Positions 18,327 through 26,707 of a DNA stretch of 64,000 nucleotides are shown piece after piece. Origin of the DNA: Candidatus Tayloriibacteriota bacterium (GTDB lineage Bacteria; Patescibacteriota; Minisyncoccia; Phycocordibacterales; UBA10002). The position numbers and the translations under genes are program-made. The notes below the pieces were generated by a model. It ran no database searches and was not told the DNA's origin. It worked only from the letters and a program-made list of their open reading frames with translations. Position 1 is the first letter of the stretch. The number at the start of each line of letters is the position of its first letter. Location: positions 63 through 64,062 of the forward strand of contig SIBZ01000001.1 of NCBI GenBank assembly GCA_009694955.1. The letters are read 5' to 3'.

Positions 18327-19055
18327 ATGAAAGGAAGTATGAACATGATCAGCGCAGAAGAACTTCAGGTTTTAGAGCAAGCGGCACAGGGCGATCCATC
18401 AAAACTCCATCGGCTGATGGTAAGGAGACAGTTTGGTGAATCCCTGTCCTATGTGGTGGGAAAGGTACGATTCTGCGGTCGAGAATTCTGTGTCGATAGG
18501 CGTGTCTATATTCCAAATGTTGAGACGGAACAACTGGTGCGGTTGTTGCTTCGGGAGATGTCCCCCGCAGCTCGGATCATTGATGTCGGGACGGGTTCCG
18601 GAGCGATAGCGATAACCATACAAAGAGAGTGTCCGAAGTCGATGGTGTATGGGGTGGACATCGACCCGAATGCTCTCGAAGTCGCCCGCGCCAATGCGGC
18701 GAAGCATAAGGCCAAAGTCCGCTTCGTTGAAAGCTATTATCTCGACAATGTTGTATCTCCGGCACCCGACGCTATCATTGCCGATATTCCCTATGGGGAT
18801 CCACACTGTCAGCTTTCGAGCATTGTATGGAATGATTTTGAACAGGTTCCGAGAATCGCCACATTCCATCCCGATGGAAGGCTGACTGCCTATCAGGAAC
18901 TGATAGAGTCTATTGTAAAGAAGAAGTGGCACACAGTCCTCTATATCGAGACCGGTAAGATTTCAAAATCAGAAGTATCTGAGATCATTCCCGTTTCCCA
19001 CAAGTGGAAATATGTAGCTATGAAGGGCTACTCGGTTACGAAAGTATATTTCTAG
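18327..19055 (+). CDS. HemK/PrmC-like SAM-dependent methyltransferase with an atypical DIPY motif IV
   Basis: It is collinear with PrmC: ...CVDRRVYIPNVETEQLV..., IIDVGTGSGAIAI, VYGVDIDPNALEVARANA, and IIADIPYGDP in place of NPPY. Confidence 0.65.
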   Translation: MKGSMNMISAEELQVLEQAAQGDPSKLHRLMVRRQFGESLSYVVGKVRFCGREFCVDRRVYIPNVETEQLVRLLLREMSPAARIIDVGTGSGAIAITIQRECPKSMVYGVDIDPNALEVARANAAKHKAKVRFVESYYLDNVVSPAPDAIIADIPYGDPHCQLSSIVWNDFEQVPRIATFHPDGRLTAYQELIESIVKKKWHTVLYIETGKISKSEVSEIIPVSHKWKYVAMKGYSVTKVYF

Positions 19056-19062
19056 AAAACGT

Positions 19063-19099
19063 CGCCATGGTTTTAGTAACCGTGGCGATTTTCTTTATA
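19063..19099 (+). terminator. Rho-independent terminator after the methyltransferase gene
   Basis: cgccatggttttagtaaccgtggcg followed by attttctttat. Confidence 0.6.
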
Positions 19100-19290
19100 G
19101 ACGCGAAATCCTATTTTCTGGGGAGGCGTTGTGGGGGGGGAAAGAAGTTTCTTAATAGCATCGAAGACGACTTTGAATTGCTGGTCGTACTTATTCTCCA
19201 TTTTCTCTATCTTTTCTGGAATTATGGATAGCTCGTTGTTTCGAATATTCATGTAATTTTCTTCAACTAACAGCTAGAACCTAAAATCTA

Positions 19291-20865
19291 TCAGCTATTT
19301 GTCAGCTGCTTAGGGCGATACTGGAGAGCTTCCATTAGGTCGTCCGTCGTAACGTCGTCGTGACCTTCAAGGTCGGCGACCGTGCGGGCGAGTTTGATAA
19401 GGCGGTGATACGAACGGGCGGAAAGGTCGTGTTTTTTGGCAGCAAGGTTGAGCGCTTTTTTGACGTCATCTGAAAGCGGAATCGCGGTGGCGATATCACG
19501 AGGGCCGACGTCGCTGTTGGTTTTAAACGGGAGTTTCAGTTTCTTATATCGCTCTTCAGCCTTTGCTCTCGCTTTCGCGACCTTGCTCCGCACCTGTTCG
19601 CTCGTCTCCTCGCTTCCCCGCCCCTCGGTCAGCTTCTCGTGTTCCACAACCGATACTTCGGTCCACAAATCAATGCGGTCTACGATGGGACCGGAGATTT
19701 TCCGCTTGTAGCGGTCAATCTGGTGCTGGGCGCAGGAACAAGTCTTTCCCTTTACTCCGTTATTTCCGCACGGGCACGGGTTCATCGCGGTGATGAGTGT
19801 AAAATGCGCAGGAAACTGCGCCGAGCCTTTTACACGCGCGATGGAGACAACGTGGTCTTCAAGCGGTTGGCGGAGCGCGTCAATAACTCGGCGGTCAAAC
19901 TCCGGGAATTCATCGAGAAAGAGCACACCACGGTGCGCGAGCGTGATTTCACCGGGCTTCGGTATGGCACCTCCGCCGACAAGCGCGATATATGAGGCGG
20001 TGTGATGCGGAGCACGCAGTGGCGGGTAGGTGATGAGAGGTTCTTGCAGTGCTCCGGCGACCGAATGAATGCCGGTGACTTCAAGTGCTTGCTCAATGTC
20101 GAGCGGGGGCAGTATAGAAATGAAGGCCTTGGCGAGCAGTGTCTTCCCCGTGCCGGGCGGTCCCCACATCGCGATGTTGTGTCCGCCCGCAGCCGCGATT
20201 TCAAGTCCGCGCTTCGCGGTTCTTTGCCCTTTCACGTCGGCAAAGTCCACTTGATAATCACGCGCACCCACCTCAAATTTTGTCAGTGGGAAAGGCTTCA
20301 TCTTCCGCTTCTGAATAAACGGCCGTTCGTCATCGGGAAGAATATCTTTTTCCGTGAGGTGTGCGGAAAGGTCCCAGAGATTTTTCACACCGTACACATC
20401 TATACCGTCAATCAGCGCCGCCTCCTTCGCGTTTTCAAGCGGGACATATACTTCTTTAAAACCGGAACGCTTTGCTTCACGGACAATCGGAAGCACGCCA
20501 TCTATTCCCTGTACCATTCCGTCAAGCGAAAGTTCTCCTACGAACAATTTTCCCTTCACGTCAGCAGGCAAGCACTTAGAGGCGATGAGATACCCGACTG
20601 CCATCGGGAGGTCGAAGCTCGGACCCTCCTTCTTGGTGTCGGCCGGAGCGAGCGAAATCACGATTTTATGATTCTTTTGTTTGGGAGATTTGAAACCGGT
20701 GTTTTTGATTGCCGCACTGATGCGGTCCTTCGCTTCCGCGACTGCTTTGTCGGGAAGTCCCACAATCGAAAACGCGTTGAGACCCTTCGACAGGTCAACT
20801 TCAACGCGTACCAGAGAAGTCTTTAAGAGATGGACTTGAACGGAACTGACGGTCGCGAAAGACAT
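19291..20865 (-). CDS. comM: YifB/ComM-family Mg-chelatase-like AAA+ ATPase
   Basis: 524 aa, with an N-terminal Lon-like domain, Walker A (MWGPPGTGKT) and the conserved C-terminal domain. Confidence 0.9.
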   Translation of the reverse strand: MSFATVSSVQVHLLKTSLVRVEVDLSKGLNAFSIVGLPDKAVAEAKDRISAAIKNTGFKSPKQKNHKIVISLAPADTKKEGPSFDLPMAVGYLIASKCLPADVKGKLFVGELSLDGMVQGIDGVLPIVREAKRSGFKEVYVPLENAKEAALIDGIDVYGVKNLWDLSAHLTEKDILPDDERPFIQKRKMKPFPLTKFEVGARDYQVDFADVKGQRTAKRGLEIAAAGGHNIAMWGPPGTGKTLLAKAFISILPPLDIEQALEVTGIHSVAGALQEPLITYPPLRAPHHTASYIALVGGGAIPKPGEITLAHRGVLFLDEFPEFDRRVIDALRQPLEDHVVSIARVKGSAQFPAHFTLITAMNPCPCGNNGVKGKTCSCAQHQIDRYKRKISGPIVDRIDLWTEVSVVEHEKLTEGRGSEETSEQVRSKVAKARAKAEERYKKLKLPFKTNSDVGPRDIATAIPLSDDVKKALNLAAKKHDLSARSYHRLIKLARTVADLEGHDDVTTDDLMEALQYRPKQLTNS

Positions 20866-20932
20866 AGGAGCTGAATTAAGAATTAGGAATTATGAACTAA
20901 GAATCAGAAGAGATGTCGTCTCCCCTTAATTC

Positions 20933-21343
20933 TTAATTCATATGTACCTTGCATGTCGTTGCCCCCGGGTTCGCTTCCAAGCGGTCAGTCTCGATTTCTT
21001 TTTTGCAGGTGACGCAGTGCCCGTAGTTCCCGTTCTCTATCCGTTCAAGCGCGTCGGAAATCTCACTGAGACGCGATTCGAGTTGTCGTACAATCGCGAC
21101 ATTGTCTTCAAACGACTCAAGTTTATCGGCTACCTCATCGCGGGAGGAGGGGCGTTCGTCGGTGTCCGCGACAGGCTCCCAGTCCTTCTTGTTATCAGGA
21201 TTACGGCGTGCGACAGTGCCGAGCTCTTTTTCGACAAGATCCTTTTCCGCGAGTAATTTTCTCTTGAATGTGGTGGTGTCTAGGGTCATATGAATAAGTA
21301 TACGAAGATACGATTTAAAGTCCAACGAATTGCTACGAATCAA
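20933..21343 (-). CDS. DksA/TraR-family C4 zinc-finger protein
   Basis: The C-terminus (GNYGHCVTCKKEIETDRLEANPGATTCKVH) is a C4 zinc finger preceded by a coiled coil. The probable start is MTLDTTTFKRK at 21289. Confidence 0.6.
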   Translation of the reverse strand: MIRSNSLDFKSYLRILIHMTLDTTTFKRKLLAEKDLVEKELGTVARRNPDNKKDWEPVADTDERPSSRDEVADKLESFEDNVAIVRQLESRLSEISDALERIENGNYGHCVTCKKEIETDRLEANPGATTCKVHMN

Positions 21344-21379
21344 ACTCCCTTATTCGTTGCCATTTGTATATTCGTATAC

Positions 21380-22330
21380 CTAGCGAAGCTTCCCCCCTCC
21401 CGCCTTGCTCTGGAGCATCCGAAGCGTATCTTCGTTCGTGGTAAAGACCAGCGTCTGCTTATCCAGAAAAGCGTACAGAAATACGATAACACCCTGCGGG
21501 TCAAATGCTGCTCGGGCATCTTTGTTTCGGATAATAACGTCTTTAATAACAATGGTGTTTGAGAGGGCTTTCGCCGTGGTGCTCCCCACGTCATTAAGTA
21601 TCCCCCGGGAGGAAATGTTGAATAGCGGGCCGATATCGTCAAGGAGTGTCGGTTCCCATGCAAGCATTCCCGCAAACGCATTGTCGAACGATGTGACACC
21701 GAGCAAAAGGAATGTCTGTCCGCCTTTGAAACCGTGAATACCGAGGAGAGGTGTTGGCAAAAGCGCGCGGACAAGTGTGGGTGGCGCCTTTGTTTCGAGC
21801 CTGCCCAAAAGCTCCGTCGTCGTGAGCGGTACATCCCCTACCTTGAGTGGAACCGTTCGGACCTCGCTTTGAGGCACCGAGATAGACTGCACTGTTTCTT
21901 GAATAGCACCGATGACCCCCGCCCGCCCTTCCTTCCCCTGTAGTTCGACGCCTATCGCCTTTTGTGTTTCCTGAACAACAGGCGGGGTCTCTGGAGGAAC
22001 ATCTCCCCGCAAGAAATAAAAAGCTCCGACTCCGATGCTGGTGAGTACCAATATTCCCACAACCACCACCACGATAAGCTTCACGTTCCACCGCGTGCCG
22101 AGAGGAAGAGCGCCAGAGATGCTGAAGATTTTTACCGGCAGTGCGGGAGTGTTTCTCGGTTCCGGCTCCGGTTCGGCTTTTTTCTCGAGAGTCTTCTTCG
22201 CTTCTGCAATGACAATTGTCGCTTTGGACACCTCGGTCTTATGCATCAACTCTTCCACGTCGCTCTGGTACGTCCGAAGAGGCTTCAGGGCGTCCGAAGG
22301 TTTTGTCTCTGAAGAAGTTTCCGGTGGCAT
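21380..22330 (-). CDS. Hypothetical single-pass membrane protein
   Basis: 316-aa ORF with one TM (LIVVVVVGILVLTSIGVGAFYFL) and no recognisable domain. Confidence 0.5.
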   Translation of the reverse strand: MPPETSSETKPSDALKPLRTYQSDVEELMHKTEVSKATIVIAEAKKTLEKKAEPEPEPRNTPALPVKIFSISGALPLGTRWNVKLIVVVVVGILVLTSIGVGAFYFLRGDVPPETPPVVQETQKAIGVELQGKEGRAGVIGAIQETVQSISVPQSEVRTVPLKVGDVPLTTTELLGRLETKAPPTLVRALLPTPLLGIHGFKGGQTFLLLGVTSFDNAFAGMLAWEPTLLDDIGPLFNISSRGILNDVGSTTAKALSNTIVIKDVIIRNKDARAAFDPQGVIVFLYAFLDKQTLVFTTNEDTLRMLQSKAGGGKLR

Positions 22331-22422
22331 AGCTGTATTTTCGCAACAATTCGCTCACTAATCAAATTGAAAAGTAAACACCCCGCTTCGCCGACTGGCG
22401 AAGCGGGGTGTTTACACACTAT

Positions 22423-24552
22423 TTACACTCTCGGTTCGGGCTTCTTGATGAAGTTCGGGTCGGCATCTTTGATGGAGAGTTTGATGCGGCCGCGCTCGGC
22501 GTCAATTTCTTTGACGACGACCGGTACCTTGTCCCCTACTTTCAGCACGGCCTCTACACGGTCAATACGGAATGGCGCGATTTCGGATACGTGTACCATC
22601 CCATCGGTGTTGGCATTGAGCTCCACAAATGCGCCGAACTCGGCGATTTTTACCACGGTACCGATGAGTCGGTCCCCCGCTTTGAATTCATGCGTGAGTT
22701 CTTCTATCATCTTCGCCGCTTTGTCAGCGCTTCCCTCTTTGCCGGAAATGAATATCGTGCCGTCCTCTTCAATATCAATCGCGTCAACGCCGGTCTTTTC
22801 CTTGATACCGTTGATGGTCTTGCCCCCGCCACCAATAACAAGTCCGATTTGTTCCTTCTTGACCTTGACGATAATAATTTTCGGAGCAAGCGGTGAAATA
22901 TCCGGCCGAGGCGCGGAGATTTCACTTGTAATCACGTCCAAAATTTTATAACGAGCTTGTTTCGCTTTCTCAAACGCTTCGGTGAGAATCGGAAGCGGAA
23001 TGCCATTTACTTTCACGTCCATCTGTACGGCAGTGACTCCGGCTTTCGTGCCAGCAACTTTGAAGTCCATATCACCGTGATGGTCCTCGGGTCCCTGAAT
23101 GTCAGTGAGCACTTTGTATTCCTTCGGATTTCGCATCATTAAACCTGACGCGATGCCGGCTACAGGCGCGGTAATCGGAACTCCGCCGTCCATAAGGGCG
23201 AGGGTTGAACCACAGACGCTCCCCATTGACGTTGAGCCGTTTGAAGCAAGTGCTTCGGAAACGAGACGGATAGTATACGGGAATTTCTCCATTGCGGGGA
23301 TAACCGGAAGAAGCGCCTTTTCCGCAAGCGCGCCGTGTCCAATCATGCGGCGGTTCGTGGAACCGATACGTCCCGTTTCTCCGGTTGAGAACGGCGGGAA
23401 GTTGTAGTGGTGGAGGAAACGCTTCTTGGAGTCATGAATCTCCATGTTGTCTATGATTTGCGCGTCACCGGGACCACCGAGGGTCAATACCGAAAGCACG
23501 TGCGTCTGTCCGCGGTAGAATATACCGGTACCATGAAGCATCTTTGAGACGCCTCCCGCCTTCGCGAAGAGTGTCCGCACATCATCCATTCCGCGCCCGT
23601 CGGGACGGCGGTTATTGTCAATCGCTTCGTCGTGAATGAGATTGTTCACTTCGTCTTCAAAAAGGTTATCAAAGATGCTCGGTTTCTCGCCGGCAAAACG
23701 CTCCTTCGCGATAGCCATCCACTCACCTTTCAGTTCATAGATGCGGGCGTTCCCCGCTTGGCCAAAGACATATTCTTTCATGCGCGGAACAATCTTCTCC
23801 GCGAAGAGTTGTTTCAATGTCGCGGGAGTTTCGGGGAGCGTGACCACCTGCTTCTTCTTTCCGATTTCGGAGGTAATCTGTTTCTGCCATGTCTGCAATT
23901 TCTCAATTTCTTTGGACGCTTCTTCAAGCCCGGCGACAATGACGCTTTCCTGTATCTCCTTCCCTCCTACCTCAATCATATTGACGAGCCCGTCCTTTCC
24001 GCAGGCGACGAGGTCCATTTCAAATCCGGGATTCTCGGCACGGTCTTTATAAATCGGGTTGATGATGAGGTGATTCGTCTCGCGGAGTTTGCCGATGCGG
24101 ACAGCCGAAACTGGTCCGTCGAAGGGGATGTCGGACACGCCGAGTGCGAGAGAAGCGCCGATGACAGCGAGAATATCCGGATCGTCTTCATCAATAGAGA
24201 GAATCGTTATGACGACTTGCACGTCACGGCGCATACGCTGGTCAAACAGCGGACGGATGGTGCGGTCCACAATACGTCCCGAGAGTACCGCTTCGTCGGT
24301 CGGTCGTCCTTCACGGCGGAGAAAGCGTGAGCCGAGAATTTCTCCGGCGGCGTAAAAACGTTCCTCGTAATCAACGGTGAGCGGGAAGAAATCCATGTCC
24401 TTCTCGCCTTTTGACATCGTCGCGGTCACGAGCGCGGTTGTGTTGCCGTACTTCATAATGACCGACCCGTTTGCCTGGTCGGCAAGGTCGGTAAACTCGG
24501 CGGTCAATTTCTTTCCGCCGACTTCTATCGAAAACTCTTTCTTCGTCATACG
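22423..24552 (-). CDS. pnp: Polynucleotide phosphorylase (polyribonucleotide nucleotidyltransferase)
   Basis: Two RNase PH domains followed by C-terminal KH and S1 domains. The ORF track extends to 24666, but the start MTKKEFSIEVGGKKL at 24552 fits PNPase N-termini. Confidence 0.95.
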   Translation of the reverse strand, partial: RMTKKEFSIEVGGKKLTAEFTDLADQANGSVIMKYGNTTALVTATMSKGEKDMDFFPLTVDYEERFYAAGEILGSRFLRREGRPTDEAVLSGRIVDRTIRPLFDQRMRRDVQVVITILSIDEDDPDILAVIGASLALGVSDIPFDGPVSAVRIGKLRETNHLIINPIYKDRAENPGFEMDLVACGKDGLVNMIEVGGKEIQESVIVAGLEEASKEIEKLQTWQKQITSEIGKKKQVVTLPETPATLKQLFAEKIVPRMKEYVFGQAGNARIYELKGEWMAIAKERFAGEKPSIFDNLFEDEVNNLIHDEAIDNNRRPDGRGMDDVRTLFAKAGGVSKMLHGTGIFYRGQTHVLSVLTLGGPGDAQIIDNMEIHDSKKRFLHHYNFPPFSTGETGRIGSTNRRMIGHGALAEKALLPVIPAMEKFPYTIRLVSEALASNGSTSMGSVCGSTLALMDGGVPITAPVAGIASGLMMRNPKEYKVLTDIQGPEDHHGDMDFKVAGTKAGVTAVQMDVKVNGIPLPILTEAFEKAKQARYKILDVITSEISAPRPDISPLAPKIIIVKVKKEQIGLVIGGGGKTINGIKEKTGVDAIDIEEDGTIFISGKEGSADKAAKMIEELTHEFKAGDRLIGTVVKIAEFGAFVELNANTDGMVHVSEIAPFRIDRVEAVLKVGDKVPVVVKEIDAERGRIKLSIKDADPNFIKKPEPRV

Positions 24553-25094
24553 CGGATTTCCCTTCTTCCTCCTCCCATCTTTAGAGGGGAGGATTGAGGT
24601 GGGGTGGAGTTGTTCTCTGAAATGAAGACTTGAACCACTGTTCAAATCTCTGTTTCCAGAGACCAACCGTTACTGATAAGTACAAGCAGTCTAGCAGAAA
24701 ACTCTCAGTTTTTATATTTGACAAATCAATCTAAATATGTGAAAACAATACCGATTGTTCTATGAAAAACACCTTTTCGCCTGTCGTCTGGTTTTTTGCC
24801 AGTCTATACCTCATTTTTTCCTGCGTGTACTATGTAAGTCCTTTTTTAGGAACAGTACTGGTATTCGTATTCGCAATCCAATCAAAGGTTTTCCCGCAAC
24901 CTTTCAAATTAGGATTTGGTTTCGGTTGCGCAAGCGGACATGGCTGTGCAATTCTGCTTACTTTTTTCCCGACATTCTATTCACTTTCAGGATTCCATTC
25001 CCTTTTTCTGTTAGTGATCCTGTTCGGGACAATGACGTTCATTTCTCTCTTCTTCTTTCTGAAAATTGCGAATGAACCGTAAGTCCCCATTTCA

Positions 25095-25127
25095 AAGGCG
25101 AAGGCTCACCCCTTCGCCTTTTTTCTT
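25095..25127 (+). terminator. Plus-strand rho-independent terminator
   Basis: aaaggcgaaggctcaccccttcgcctttttt; the T-run lies on the plus strand only. Confidence 0.6.
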
Positions 25128-25165
25128 TACCTAAAAGCTACCAACTACGATATAAGGACTTTCCT

Positions 25166-25678
25166 CTACCTCCTGCTCCCAAGGAGATATTTTCTGGGAT
25201 TTTCGTCCAAGTCGAGGAAGTCGTCGCAGACTTCAAGCAGCTTCGCTGATGTTGATTTGCCGAAAGCGGCCACTTCCACCTGGCATCCCTGCATCTTAAG
25301 ATATTCCGCAAGCGGGACGAAGTCCCCATCTCCGGCGACAATGACCACGACGTCCAATTTTGGGGCGAGTTTAACCGCATCAATCGCAATTCCAACGTCC
25401 CAATCGGCCTTTTTAGCCCCACTGCCGAAGATTTGAAGCGGTTTTGACTTGGTTTCAATGCCGACTTTCTCCAAAGCCTCAAAAAACCCTTTCTCTTCAC
25501 CACCTTCCGTCGTAATAAGGTATGCAATAGCGCGGACGAGTATGCGGTCAGACACCACGTCTTTCAGGACCTGGCCGAAGTTTACGTTCGCATGATAGAG
25601 ATTTTTGGCACTATGATAAAGGTTCTGCGTATCAATAAAAACACCAACACGTTGCTCGGCATGTTTAATAATTGCCAT
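25166..25678 (-). CDS. NYN-domain (LabA-like, PIN-like) protein
   Basis: VGVFIDTQNLYHSAKNLY... and the ...VVIVAGDGDFVPL... acidic motifs are typical of NYN/LabA proteins. Confidence 0.8.
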   Translation of the reverse strand: MAIIKHAEQRVGVFIDTQNLYHSAKNLYHANVNFGQVLKDVVSDRILVRAIAYLITTEGGEEKGFFEALEKVGIETKSKPLQIFGSGAKKADWDVGIAIDAVKLAPKLDVVVIVAGDGDFVPLAEYLKMQGCQVEVAAFGKSTSAKLLEVCDDFLDLDENPRKYLLGSRR

Positions 25679-25794
25679 AAAAGTAGATATTTCCTACATC
25701 TCTTATGTTGAGAGACGGGGATTTATAAAAAAGAGGAGTTAGTAATAACTTATAAAAACAGTTCATGAATCCTCGGTTCATGAACAACGAGAAA

Positions 25795-26061
25795 CTATTT
25801 CTTCAACTCCAGCTTCTTAATGAGAGCATTATACCGTCTCGTGCTCTTCTTTTGAAGATAACGGAGATGTGTTTGCCTGTCCGCAACCATCGAGAGGAGA
25901 CCTCGGCGAGAATGCACATCCTTCTTGTGTTCTTTCAAATGTTTTGAGAGTTCGTCAATTCGCTTGGTGAGTACGGCAACCTGAACTTCCGGAGAGCCGG
26001 TGTCCTTGTCGTGCATCGCAACCTCTTTGATGATTTTCTGCTTGCGTGTTTTCGTTAACAT
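25795..26061 (-). CDS. rpsO: 30S ribosomal protein S15
   Basis: 88 aa; ...SPEVQVAVLTKRIDELSKHLKEHKKDVHSRRGLLSMVADRQTHLRYL... is the canonical S15 sequence. Confidence 0.95.
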   Translation of the reverse strand: MLTKTRKQKIIKEVAMHDKDTGSPEVQVAVLTKRIDELSKHLKEHKKDVHSRRGLLSMVADRQTHLRYLQKKSTRRYNALIKKLELKK

Positions 26062-26629
26062 AGGAAGTAGAATAGCATAGAAAGCTTAGAAATGCAACTG
26101 TTTTTTGGAGCCATACTTGCACACTCACATCTTTTACCAAACAGGTAAAGCGTATTTTTGTGCCATCAGCGTCCGCTGTACCCCAAAAAAGCTAGTAGGC
26201 AGGCCTTTTCTCCAGGCGTCCTTTATAAAGGACAGTTATCCACAGATATGTCCTTTACGTTGTCCTTTAGCACAGCGTATAATACTCAGCAGTCGGGGGA
26301 ATGCTTAGATTGCATTGTCCTGAAAAAATGAGCGGAGGGGCCTGTTCACACATCTTGTCTCGAGGTAAAGACTTCGGCCGAAGTTTGTGAACAGGCTCAA
26401 TCTGCTTGCGGTTCTTTGAAAGAAGATTAAAACTCTCTCTTTTTCGGAGGAAAATTCGACAAGCTAAATTCTTGGGAAATATTTTCACAAATTTCTTTAT
26501 TTCAGGAATTATCTTCCCAAGCTAGCGATTCTCAGTCTTTTCTCTCCGATTCTCCTTATGCCGGTCTGATTCCTTCAGACTTAGGCTAAGCCGCCCCTCA
26601 TAGGTTAACCTTCTTTCAAGCAACTAAAG

Positions 26630-26670
26630 AAGGCCGCCCTATTCGGGCGGCTTTCTTTTTGTTTTCTTTT
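26630..26670 (+). terminator. Plus-strand rho-independent terminator closing the candidate non-coding locus
   Basis: aggccgccctattcgggcggctttctttttgttttc. Confidence 0.6.
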
Positions 26671-26707
26671 CTTCCTAAAAGCTAGAAGCTGTCAGCTAAA
26701 AGCTTCT

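Noticed and set aside
19093-19254. 53-codon minus-strand ORF containing a G9 tract
   Set aside because: It is too short with a weak RBS to call as a gene. I mention it only as a possible slipped-strand site within the ComM-fragment island finding.
20002-20826. 274-aa plus-strand ORF
   Set aside because: It is antisense to the intact comM gene.
23632-24330. 232-aa plus-strand ORF
   Set aside because: It is antisense to pnp.
26290-26670. Possibility that the non-coding transcript is RNase P RNA, tmRNA or SRP RNA
   Set aside because: It has no P4 GGAAAGUCCGG / ACAGNRA motifs, no tRNA-like acceptor/T-arm ends or tag-peptide ORF, and no GGAAGCAGC SRP domain-IV motif. I keep it only as an unclassified candidate ncRNA.
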